A stretch of DNA of 64,000 nt, taken from positions 64,480,001 through 64,544,000 of the forward strand of contig NC_079172.1 in the NCBI RefSeq assembly GCF_947568905.1, written 5' to 3'. Position 1 is the stretch's first letter; each line of letters begins with the position of its first letter. This DNA is from Ostrea edulis (taxonomy: Eukaryota). The translations under genes and the position numbers were made by a program. The notes under the pieces are model-generated. The model did no database searches, was not told the origin of the DNA, and saw only the letters and a program-made list of their open reading frames with translations. This document shows positions 36,974-48,444 of this stretch, piece after piece.

Positions 36974-37107
36974 ATACAGGGTTTACGGTGGACGCCTTTA
37001 GCTATGGCGTAATTCCAGGCTGTACGGGATACATTCTGTCTCATTTTCATTATGACCATTATACTGGACTGACCAAGTCTTTCTCACAGCCCATCTACTG
37101 CAGCCAG
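36974..37107 (+). CDS. DCLRE1A: SNM1A coding exon 5 (metallo-beta-lactamase HxHxDH motif)
   Basis: tttcag| acceptor. DTGFTVDAFSYGVIPGCTGYILSHFHYDHYTGLTKSFSQPIYCSQ. Donor CAG|GTTTGT, phase 1 to 0. Confidence 0.95.
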
Positions 37108-39524
37108 GTTTGTTGTCTCGCTGTACAGCAATTTTTAAAAAAAAAATTCTAATACATTAATTTTATATCAATTATGAATGCTCATACATTATATAGCATT
37201 ATAACGTAATAGAACGGATGATGATAGCGTGATGTAACGGAACATGTTTAATCAAATTGTGTAGAAAAAGGAGATTCACAGTTCCGTATAACGTTTTTAT
37301 GGTGTCACAATTTTTGCAAAAATATTCCAAAATACATTTTTAATTTGCGTTATTCTTTTTTATGCAATTCATGATTTCCCTAATTGCTAATCTAAATAGA
37401 GTTATCTTTTATCATATTCAGGACCAGAAACTTCTTTAGATGAAATGGAACTTTTTTTACTTACAAAGTGTCGTTAAGATCGACATGACTGATTGTCACG
37501 GGTGACTGAACACTGGTTACACCTGGTCATCGTTTAAGCACTACAACAGAGGTAGTGAGTTTCTGCTGAGTCATTACAGTTCACAGCAAGGCTAGAAATA
37601 ATTTTTTTTATTCACTGGTCACTTGGGCAATCAACTTAAATTTTTACTGGTCAATTGATAACTTTTATTGTCCCATCTGACCAGTGGATGTGAAAACGAC
37701 TGGCCCAATTTTCAGGATTAGGTCTAGTTTCTTGTTTTTCAAAATAGCATAAACATCGAGTTTAAAAAATGTTGTAATCTTACTATGATTTTTATTCATG
37801 TTTTTGTCCCCCACCAACGCAGAAGGGGACATAGAAATAGAGATGTCTGTCCATCCCATTTGATATCGTGGATGCAACTCCTCTGAAACCGCTTAATGGA
37901 TTTTGTTCAACTTTTGTAGGATGGCCAGACACCATATGTTGTTGATCATATTCCACTGCAATTTGATTCAACAAATTTTACAGGAGTTTTCAATCTAATT
38001 AAAATCGGACTTCTTAGATCCGTGCCATATATTCTTCATATTAAGAAGATCTGACATAACCCGACAGTGCTCCAAGTTGCGAGTAAAACGGTCGCATTTA
38101 TGACCAGAAAATCGATTTTGCGACTAGAGAATATATTTAAGTCGCATTTTTGCGAGTGGAAAAAAATTGGGCATCCATTAAAATTTTGTAATTGGGATCA
38201 GAAGTCTGAATAAATATTTTTCAGTCTCGGTCAAAACAGCGTTTGAAGCAATCAAGATGGCGGTAAAACGAGGGTTAAAGCACTTTGGACTTAGTAAAAA
38301 GTAGAAGCCTCGCCCTAATACATGTAATGAAGAAATTCAAGAATCACACAGAGAAAGTTCATCTTTTAAAGATGACGTAGCTGTGTCTTAAGAAAAATGC
38401 AAAAGTAAAGGAAGAACCCCAGTCCTAATGGCTGAAGGAATTTTCGTGGTTGACATACAGAGATTGCAAAATGTTTTGCAGAATTTGTGAGGCCAATCAG
38501 CCAGCAACGTCCACCATTTCTGGACACCCATTGCCCGATTTCACCACGACTAGGTGTACATCTTTCAAATGTGGAAGTGTGACTATTCACGGTAACAGTA
38601 AGAGACACGTCTTTGTCCGTGACTGCAAGTGGGGCAACTGTTGCTGCTAATTTTCACAGACAATTACAAACTCGGGATGTAGTGTTCTTATTGATGCTGG
38701 TACTGATTGTTCAGCAAAAGATCCAACAAAAGTAGAAGCTCTTATTCTTATAAGCAGTGAAGGCCCACTTATTGAGGACTTTAAAGCAAATCCTTGTTTG
38801 AAACGCTGCATTTTCTTCCCCAAAAGCGGACTGTAAAATATACAGGATGGCCCAATGCAATACAACTTTTGCCAAAGTAAATACTTGACTTGTTAGCATC
38901 CAGCATGTTTCACAGCACATTTCTATTCAGTTTAAAAATAAAACAAACAAAACGCATACACGGGTGTAGATTTTTTTCTTAAAAGATATTCAAATTAAAA
39001 AAAAAACTTGTAGGTCTTATTTACAAATTCTTTTACCATGGCGAGTAGAAATTTTGAACATGGCTACTAGAAGTATTTCTAGGTTTTCATTTTGCGACCT
39101 GATAGCAGATGTGACTTGGAGCACTGCCCGACTAGGGGTCATGTTCATGTGAACTTTGTGTTGGCCAATCAGTGTGTTGCATATGAAATCGTCGGTGTTC
39201 ACAATTCAAGGAAAATGGCTGCGATTGTTTGGTTTAAAAGAAAACACATCGCAGCTAGATGTGACGTCACAATGCATTGTTTACGTCGACTGGCGTTATA
39301 TTCCTCGCGTTAATTAAATAACCATCTTGAAAACTATTCAAATCGTACCCATTCCTATTCATACATAAATCACATTTCACAATTAATTTAATTTGGGTGT
39401 ATTTTACTGCGTACGATTTGTTGTTTGAATGAACAGAATAGATTAGGCATTATTGCAAAAGTTTAAAAATTGCTTTTGTGAGAATAAACAATTTTATAGT
39501 GTTTTATATAAAATTATATATAAA

Positions 39525-40014
39525 AGCGCTATGCTCCAAGCCAGTGAGACCTGGGCACTGACCAAGCCAAATCTTCATCGCCTACTACGCAATGACAGGG
39601 CCATGATAAGACAGATCTGCAACATCAAGCCTGAAGATATGGCCACTGTAGGTTCAACTGAATTGCTGGGGCGGCTTAGCATCGATGATCTCGACCTCAT
39701 CTTAAGGGAAAGGAGACTCCACTGGTATGGCCACGTTGTCAGATCCAGCAGTGCAGTCAAGTGCGCTCTAAATATACAAGTTCCTGGGAGATGTAAAGTT
39801 GGTCGGCCAATGCTATCTTGGAGAGAGCTGACGGAGAAAGATCGTAGAGAATGAAAGCTCTCTTCTGCCGACCTTCAAGACCGGAAAGAATGGAGATCTG
39901 AGGTGAGATCTGCCATGCATGCAGCCAGCCAGATACCTGGTAGGGGGCCCACTAGTGTGGACATTACCCGTAATTCTGCACGGAAATAAAAAGGAACCGA
40001 CAACAACAACAACA
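39525..40014 (+). mobile_element. 5'-truncated RTE-clade LINE with (CAA)n tail
   Basis: SAMLQASETWALTKPNLHRL..RLHWYGHVVR..GRPMLSW, followed by a caacaacaacaaca tail. Possible TSD tttatagtgt at 39493-39502 and 40015-40024. Confidence 0.9.
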
Positions 40015-40941
40015 TTTATAGTGTGGAAGAGAGATTACTGCAACTTGTTTACAAATTGCTGGGAACCGCCTAAATAACCATCATTGTTTGTATGGCGCAA
40101 TCTGACTGGCTGATAGTTCTCATGAATATTCCAAGCGAAAGGTCATGTGGACATGATCCCCTATGGGGTTTGTCAGATCCTATTGTAGCGATTGTGAGCA
40201 GATATTTGGATCTGATTTTAATTAGATTGAGGACTTTTGTGCTTCAACTTTTTTGCAACGGTAGGGGACATGGTTACGCATAGCAATCTTGTTCACTTAA
40301 AAACTTAGAAAATTGTCAGTGTCATCTTCACCTTTCTTGTCATTTGTGAAAGTGTAATGACACTGAATTACGAAAGCATCACAAAAGTAGACAGCTCATT
40401 CGAAGACACTTGCAGCTGAAAACGCACGTTCTTAGATATGTTAACTTGGAACTCCTCCTAACTTGTTTTTAGAAACATTAATTTATGAATTCTTCTACTT
40501 TGTGTTATTCATAGTACAACTTAACTAAAACTTAATTTGTATGTGATAAAAACCTGGACGCACATGCGTCTAATATTTACTAGTCTAATCGTTGAGAAAT
40601 TTTGATAAGTATTAGAATTAATTTGCCCCAGGGGCACATGTTCTTTACAAATCACTAGCCCAAATCCATAATTTACTGGCCCCGGACCATTGGCCCATTG
40701 ATTGTTTTGAGCCCTGCACAGTTGGTGACAATTTTATGCTTTTGCTTCTTTTTTTGACGATCTTAGGATGCTTGCAAAGAAAGTGAAATTTGGATTATCA
40801 CAAAAAAAGAAAAGTTACACCATACATGTTAATAAAAAGTAATGCTCAATGTGATGATATAAATTATTTAATACATGTAATACAATTCACTAATTTAAAG
40901 ATTATTGCCAATATTTAATAGCACAATTCTCTAATTTAAAG

Positions 40942-41060
40942 ATTACTGCCAATTTGGTCATCTCCAGAATCAAGGTCAATAAGTCCTATGTCCGTGTCCT
41001 GCCATTAAACAAACCGACGCATGTGGATGGAGTGGAATTAACATTTCTAGAGGCCAATCA
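40942..41060 (+). CDS. DCLRE1A: SNM1A coding exon 6 (overall exon 7; absent from the ORF track)
   Basis: tttaaag|ATT acceptor. ITANLVISRIKVNKSYVRVLPLNKPTHVDGVELTFLEANH fills the gap between IYCSQ and CPG. Donor CA|GTAAGT, phase 0 to 2. Confidence 0.92.
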
Positions 41061-41340
41061 GTAAGTGTTTCTCATTATCCAACGGCCAATCAGTAAGTGT
41101 TTCTCATTATCCAACGGCCAATCAGTGAGTGTTTCTCAGTATCCAGTGGCCACTCAGTGAGTGTTTTTCATCATCTACTGGCCAATCAGTGAGTGTTTCT
41201 CATTATTTAACAGCCAATCAGTGAGTGTTTCTCATTATCTAACAGCCAATCAGTGAGTGTTTCTCATCAATAATCCAGCAGCCAATCAGTGAGTGTTTCT
41301 CTTCATTAATGCTAGAGGCCAATCAGTGAGTGTTTCCCAT
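41052..41340 (+). repeat. 32-bp tandem array built from the splice donor at 41061 (9 copies)
   Basis: Unit ggccaatca|GT(A/G)AGTgtttctcattatccaac. GT at 41061, 41093, 41125, 41157, 41189, 41221, 41253, 41289 and 41326. Confidence 0.92.
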
Positions 41341-41704
41341 CGTTAATGCATGCAAACTTAAAACTTCCATAGTTCTTCCATTACAACAATGTTATAAAAG
41401 AGTACCATGACAATTTGATAGGGCCCCGCTTATTGGCGAGAGCCCTATAGTGATATCAGCCTGTGTGTGCATCTGTCCTAGCATCCTTCCATGCATTGAC
41501 AGTTTTGTAGACTTTTATTGTCTATCCCTGCAGCTTTTGACTTGAAAAATGTATGCATAAACTTTTGTCAATTGGCCACAGATCAAGTTTAATTTGACTT
41601 CTGTTTGAAAGAGTTATGGACCTTGAACTAATAATGCCACAAAACCAGGCCATTTTGTGATGTTTGTCATGACAATGGGATCTAGTTCAGATGGGTTTCT
41701 CCAC

Positions 41705-42330
41705 TAACCAGAAAGTGTTTCTCCAATTAATTACCAGAAAGTGTTTCTCCAATTAATTACCAGAAAGTGTTTCTCCAATTAATTACCACAAAGTGTTTCT
41801 CCAATTAATTACCACAAAGTGTTTCTCCAATTAATTACCAGAAAGTGTTTCTCCTATTAATTACCAGAAAGTGTTTCTTCAATTACCAGAAAGTGTTTCT
41901 CCTATTAATTACCAGGAAGTGTTTCTTCAATTACCAGAAAGTGTTTCTCCAATTAATTACCAGAAAGTGTTTCTCCAATTAATTACCACAAAGTGTTTCT
42001 CCAATTAATTACCAGAAAGTGTTTCTCCTATTAATTACCAGAAAGTGTTTCTTCAATTACCAGAAAGTGTTTCTCCTATTAATTACCAGAAAGTGTTTCT
42101 CCTATTAATTACCAGAAAGTGTTTCTCCACTAACCAGAAAGTGTTTCTCCAATTAATTACCAGAAAGTGTTTCTCCAATTAATTACCAGAAAGCGTTTCT
42201 CCTATTAATTACCAGAAAGTGTTTCTCCACTAACCAGAAAGTGTTTCTCCAATTAATTACCAGAAAGTGTTTCTTCAATTGATTACCAGAAAGTGTTTCT
42301 CCAATTAATTACCAGAAAGTGTTTCCCTAA
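41705..42330. repeat. 22-26-bp minisatellite
   Basis: Unit accagaaagtgtttctccaattaatt. Confidence 0.95.
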
Positions 42331-42641
42331 TTAATCTATAAGTGAGAAATTCATGTGTTTTCAATGCCTTGTTCACACACACGGTGAGCAAATTTTATTA
42401 ATTAACAATGGTATTGTGAAGGTGAAGAACGGGTAAGCAGGATTTGCACCTGAGCCTTAAAATTACAATAAAAATTGATTTGTTTGATGTACTCCAACCG
42501 ACCCATCAAAGTTTGCCCGACCCAATTATATTTTCAGCACTTTGATATTTTGATTTTTAATTTTTTGTTCCATAGAAAAAAGACATTCTCTATATTAGTT
42601 TTAAACTTTAGGCCACTTTTTTGTTAGCTCTATTTGTGTTA

Positions 42642-43615
42642 GGGCTATTCCAGAAATAAATACATGGGGGGGTCGGGAGGCACCTTTTGTATATACCAAG
42701 CACCCATAAAAATAAAAATAAAAAATTACCCCATGACCCATCAAATTGATAAACTCATTTTACAATGACCCATCTAATAAAAAAAAAAAAAAAAACTAAC
42801 CAGACCCACCACAAAAATATTTAAATGAAAACGGTACAAATCTTGCGAGGTTTTCGGGACAAACATTCTAGTCAATGACGCGGTAATGCCTGTGCGACAT
42901 TGTATCACAGTAGTTCTGAAGAAACGATGTCACATCAACAATCAAAGGCATCTATGGCGGAAATGTTGGAAAGATTGGGAGTCCAAACGATGCTATTATC
43001 ATGAAATGGGTATGGATATGTTTTTCCACGAATCGTTCGTCTTCTAATGGAGCCCGCGCCCGGAGGCCTCTATATCACCATCACACTGACTGATAAATAT
43101 AACGCATCGGTACCCTCGTATAAATCAACTAAGGTTTGCCTATTTTTATTAGAAAACGGAATACCTATTGGTTTCAAAATATTCCCAAAATCGATGCACT
43201 GTAAACTGTAATAATCTACAGAACAGAGTTCGCCGCCATCACGTCCAAAGGGACCCTACTAAACGCGCCTCTAATTTGAAGAGTGCCGTAATGGAAAGTT
43301 ATGCGCTGCAAAGAGCGACAACTCGAATAGTTCTATGTTACTTCCGATTTCGAAAGCAGCATTTCGAAAGCACGTTTTCAATTTTCCCTCCGACGTTTTG
43401 TAACCAACACGACAAGAGGGACAATAAAAATATTCTGAAAACTCAACACCCACGTGGCACAAAATAAAACAATAGAAACTACCCACCACCCATAATAAAT
43501 ATTTTTTTAACAGTCCAACCACGGACCAAATAAAATATGAAAAAATACGACCACCCACACAAAAAAATATCATTTGCCGCCCGACCCCCCCATTTGATCA
43601 TTTCTGGAACAGCCC
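42642..43615. mobile_element. PIF/Harbinger-like MITE
   Basis: TTA|GGGCTATTCCAGAAAT...ATTTCTGGAACAGCCC|TTA. Confidence 0.8.
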
Positions 43616-44529
43616 TTATGGAATTATTTTTTATTCAAAATGTGCGGTTCAAGATAAAAGTGTAAAAAAAAAATCTCTTCTACTTTCACTTTGATACTGC
43701 CCGGGAACTTTTCAAACATTTTCTATCTGAGCAATCAAATATACTGCATCACTGCTTCAAATTACCACATTATTTACCACCAAAAGGGGTGTTAATTTAC
43801 AACTGTAGAGGTCTTCAGAAAATTTCAGGAGACATCGCAAGATTTACATGTATTATATACATTTGTACAAAAATGTACTCAACTATTCTGTCGTGCAGCG
43901 ATATATGTTTAATGAAAACATCAGAAATCTGATTTTCATGACATCATTAAAAAACAAACCACAAAAACGGCCTTTCTACCTACCTTGTAAATTGTGGGTC
44001 AGAGTACATCAAACAAATTTTTTTTAGTGATGACCCAATCTAATTAAAATCAGATCTTCTCTAACCAAAACGGTTAGAGAAAATCTGATTTTAATTGGAT
44101 TGGTAATGACCTAAGTATTTTCACTCCTAGAGCAAAATTTATATCTAATCAAACTAGGTGTAAATGAACTTTTACATAAAAGTAAATTTAATTCTGGTGT
44201 ATTTTCAGCCATGTGAATGTGCAGCAAAATTTTTACACACGTACAAATATTGAAATTGTCTATAAAACATTGCATCACTTTCTTAATAATTCATACATTA
44301 GAATGAGCAGTGATCTTCTGCTATTTCATTCATGTCAAACATTATTTTAGAGAGCATTTGATCAGAACATGGCAATATGATGCAAGAAATATCTGTGTCC
44401 TTCTTTGTCTTCAATATACATCCATATTGCTGGAAATAGCTAACTTGATACTGATTTACACACAGTTTGCTGGTGCACGTGAATGCATCGCAAAAATTGC
44501 ATTTACATACCAGTAGTGTATAACCTGTC

Positions 44530-44860
44530 TTTTACTGGGTGAGGGGGGATGGGTGATTCGTGTGTTTTACTGGGTGGGGGGATAGGTGATTCGTGTGGTT
44601 TTTACTGGGTGAGGGGATGGGTGATTCGTGTGGTTTTTACTGGGTGGGGGGGATGGGTGATTTGTGTGGTTTTTTACTGGGTGGGGGGGATGGGTGATTC
44701 GTGTGTTTTACTGGGTGAGGGGATAGGTGATTCGTTTGGTTTTTACTGGGTGAGGGGATGGGTGATTCATGTGGTTTTTACTGGGTGGGGGGGATGGGTG
44801 ATTCGTGTGGTTTTTACTGGGGGAGGGGGGGGGGGGGATGGGTGATTCGTGTGTTTTACA
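44530..44860 (+). repeat. G-rich ~36-38-bp minisatellite, about 9 copies
   Basis: Unit tttttactgggtggggggatgggtgattcgtgtgg. Confidence 0.93.
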
Positions 44861-46021
44861 TTTGGCCAATAAGTAATTAGTGATTCATAGATTTTTTCAC
44901 TTAGTGGATGGGCAGTTTGTGTGTTTCTCCACTTAGCCAGAAATGGAATGAATCAGTTGTCTTGCTACCTCACCAGTACTTCAATGAAATTGATGTTTCT
45001 GTCACGGATAACCGTGCTAGAATGTGAAAATGATAAAGTCACAGAAAACAATTTACATATTTATTTGGTATACAAATATTTAAGTTTCTGGTCCCGGTTT
45101 TATGGCGTTGAGCGTAAAGTTCCTCAGTGTTTCTGGCTTAAACACGGATCCACTACACTGATGACTGCTGTCATACGTGGATATCACACATGTCGATGCT
45201 CCCCAGTGTTTGGTTTCGATACTGTGGTTACTTGGTACACACTACAAGGTAACACCTACGACAATAAAGTCATACTATATAAACGTACACATACACACAG
45301 GTTTTCAGGTTGAAACCTTACTTTACATTATCCATGGATATATATACCATACACTGTTCTACATATAAGTTACTTCATATTATAACAAGATACACTAAAA
45401 CTCTAGCAATTCTATGCCTATGAGTTACACAATGTTTCTTACAGCTAAACAATTATGGCCAGTACTACACGCCGTAACTTTACAAACAGGACTATATAGT
45501 GAACACATTTTTGAAAAAGGAAACTGGTATTGAAACAAGTACAAAACACAAAGTATGAATAAAGATACTTGGAAGCTTTAGGACCTTTAAACAAAGAAAA
45601 TACTCTATAAAAATCGTTATATAAACCTCACCTCAGAACAAGCCGAACACGGGCAACATTTACAACAATGCCAAAGTGTCTACAATAAAGTTATTCTATA
45701 GTTGATGGCAACATTCTGGTTGAAGCGTGCTCTATCAATGCGTCCTTCTCGCTGGACAGCTCAGTTCCTACTGAGAGCACGGACTGGCGGTTTTTATGCT
45801 CCAATAGATTGAGGTTTAATAAAGGGGTATTTACAATTTAAAAGAGGTCCCAAGCAGGATAAAGCTACGTTTGATTTGACAAAACAAAACTGAATTAAAA
45901 TGAACATGCAAATAGATTTTAATGTGACAGTTTCCCTACATAATCAGTAATCTAAATAATGCTGTGCTCCAGGGAGCCTATAAATTTTTCCATACTTGAA
46001 CTCCTATTATTCCCTTTTCAG

Positions 46022-46165
46022 TTGTCCTGGGTCAGTTCTGATCCTCTTTAAGCTGAAGGATGGTAGGATGTTTCTTCACACGGGAGATTTCCGGGCAGAT
46101 CAGAACATGGAGCAGTACCCTGCCTTGGTTGGAGTTCGGATATCACAACTTTATTTGGATACTAC
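46022..46165 (+). CDS. DCLRE1A: SNM1A coding exon 7
   Basis: ttttcag|T acceptor. [48 protein letters not shown]. Donor AC|GTAAGC, phase 2 to 2. Confidence 0.95.
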
Positions 46166-46204
46166 GTAAGCCTTACCATTGTCTATTTATACTGTATGTA
46201 ACTC

Positions 46205-46460
46205 ACATAACATCCTGGTATATGTTTAACTAACATCCTTATATCTATTTGACTAACATCCTGGTATTTGTGTAATTAACATCCTGGTGTAACTAACATC
46301 CTTGTATCTGTGTGATTAACATCATTATATCTGTGTAACTAACATCCTGGTATCTGTGTAACTAACATCTTTATATCTATTTGATTAACATCCTGATATC
46401 TGTGGCACTAACCTCATGGTGTATTTGTAATTAACATCCTGGTGTAACTAACATCCCATT
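46205..46460. repeat. ~23-bp degenerate minisatellite
   Basis: Recurring aactaacatcctggtatctgtgt. Confidence 0.85.
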
Positions 46461-46540
46461 GTAATGGTTTAGACTAGTTGACTACCTGATGTAATAAATA
46501 ACTTGTTGTAAGTAATGGTTTAGACTTGTCGACTTTTCAG

Positions 46541-46686
46541 TTACTGTAATCCGACCTACGCGTTTCCATCCCAGAGAGAAGTGATTGAGTTTACAGTGGG
46601 TATGGTACAGCAAGAAATTCAGAAGACCCCCAGGACTCTGATTGTGTGTGGCTCTTACACGATAGGCAAGGAGAGGATATTTATAG
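46541..46686 (+). CDS. DCLRE1A: SNM1A coding exon 8 (beta-CASP)
   Basis: YCNPTYAFPSQREVIEF...CGSYTIGKERIFI. Acceptor ttttcag, donor G|GTATAT, phase 2 to 1. Confidence 0.95.
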
Positions 46687-46938
46687 GTATATACATCCAC
46701 TCTCTGTCAGTATCACAGTATACTGTATCCGGAACAGTGCCATATAAAAAAAGGGGAGGGTACCTGCCCCCCTTTCTTGCCCGTTTGGTTGAAAATTTTA
46801 AACAGGAAAAGGTCATTATCTACCCCTAATGTTCAGAAAAAGTCATTGGCTGTCCTTTATGTGCAAAAAAGGTACTATCTTGGGTCATAACTCTTTGAAA
46901 ATATTGTATTGGTCATTGTAGAAGGATGGAATATTTAC

Positions 46939-47180
46939 ATTGTATAAACACTAAGTGTACTTATGACAGTATCTCAGTATGCTGTACATGTTTTGTGTGT
47001 AGTTTTATTAGGTCTATTTGTGTTATTGTATAAACACTAAGTGTACTTATGACAGTATCTCAGTATGCTGTACATGTTTTGTGTGTAGTTTTATTAGGTC
47101 TATTTGTGTTATTGTATAAACACTAAGTGTACTTATGACAGTATCTCAGTATGCTGTAAATGTTTTGTAGTTTTATTGGT
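46939..47180. repeat. 86-bp tandem repeat, about 2.7 copies
   Basis: Units start at 46939, 47025 and 47111. Confidence 0.92.
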
Positions 47181-48001
47181 GTTACCTGTATGTTTTTATG
47201 TGAGACTTGGATTTCTTGTGAGAGGTCACAGCACCTTTTACTACCAATGATTTTATGCCCCCCTTTGGAAAAGAGGGGCATGGGCCTTGTTGGTCAGTGT
47301 ATTGACCCAAGTATTGCTTGCTCAATATCTAAAGAACCCTTTGCTTGGCATGCAGTTATCAGTCTTGGTACAGTGGTTGCTACTAGAGAGTAGATGACCC
47401 CTATTGATTTTCAGGTCACAAGATCAATGGTCAAATTGGACATTATAAGATACTGTGTGCTCAATATCTTTAGAACCCTTTCAAAAGACATCAAATTTGG
47501 TACACGAGTTGTACCTAAGGAATAGATGTCTCCTATTGATTTTGAGGTCACAGGGTCAATGGTCAAACTATTCTAAACATACGATATTGTCTGCTTAATA
47601 TCTTTAGAACCTTTTGCTTGACAGACGTCTAACTGTGTACATGGGTGCCCTCTAAAGAGTAGATGATCCCCACTGGTTTTCAAATCACAAGATCAAAGGT
47701 CATAACTCACATGACTGGTTATCTGGAAATGACTGCTCAGTATCTTGAGAGATCAATCTTATTATGGTCGCTTGTCACTATTGGTACATTCTACATTTAA
47801 AGTTGATCTTTGTCAATATTGCCATGTGAGGAGGTGGGGGGGATGATATATGTTTCTCAAAAAAATTTCCTTGTCCCTGGTATCTCTCTATCTTGCACAA
47901 GTGTTGTATAAACGATTCATTTGTTTACAGTCAAGTGATAATTTTGACAATGCTGATTCTCAAACGTTTTGCTGATCCAGCTTTGTTTCTGTCACCAACA
48001 G

Positions 48002-48156
48002 CTATTTCAGAGGCCCTTAATTGCAAGATCTGTGTTTTGCGCGACAAAAAGAACGTTTTAGACTGTTTGGAGGATCACAGCCTTCGAAAGAAACTGAGTC
48101 TGAATTTCAACGATTCCTGTCTACATGTTCTGCCGATGACAAAATTAAATCCTAGG
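48002..48156 (+). CDS. DCLRE1A: SNM1A coding exon 9
   Basis: AISEALNCKICVLRDKKNVLDCLE...LHVLPMTKLNPR. Acceptor caacag, donor AGG|GTAGGT, phase 1 to 0. Confidence 0.93.
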
Positions 48157-48444
48157 GTAGGTACTTCTCTGTAGTGGGCGCGTATATAAAATGAAAGTAG
48201 ATGTTACAAATCTTTACTCTAGTGTTCATAGAAAGATTTGAAAGGAAGTAAAGACAAAGTGCAATATCACACTAGCGTACTTTTTGTGAAGCTGTGTTTG
48301 AATTATTAATGGAGAAGAAGATATGAAGATCCCTAAGGAAACACGCACATATACCCATGATGCTTTGCTTCTTACCTCGTGACACGGATAATTAGATCAG
48401 ATGTTGATTATCTGATGAAGATCTTGTTACTGTGATAAAGCAGT

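Noticed and set aside
38300-39320. Cys-rich short ORFs as a THAP or transposase gene
   Set aside because: There is no coherent THAP or DDE motif in any frame I could read. It is probably an old TE interior, left unannotated.
37587-40716. One 3.1-kb composite TIR element
   Set aside because: The ends match only loosely (caaggctagaaa versus ttttgagccctg) and the shared flank is just 5 bp.
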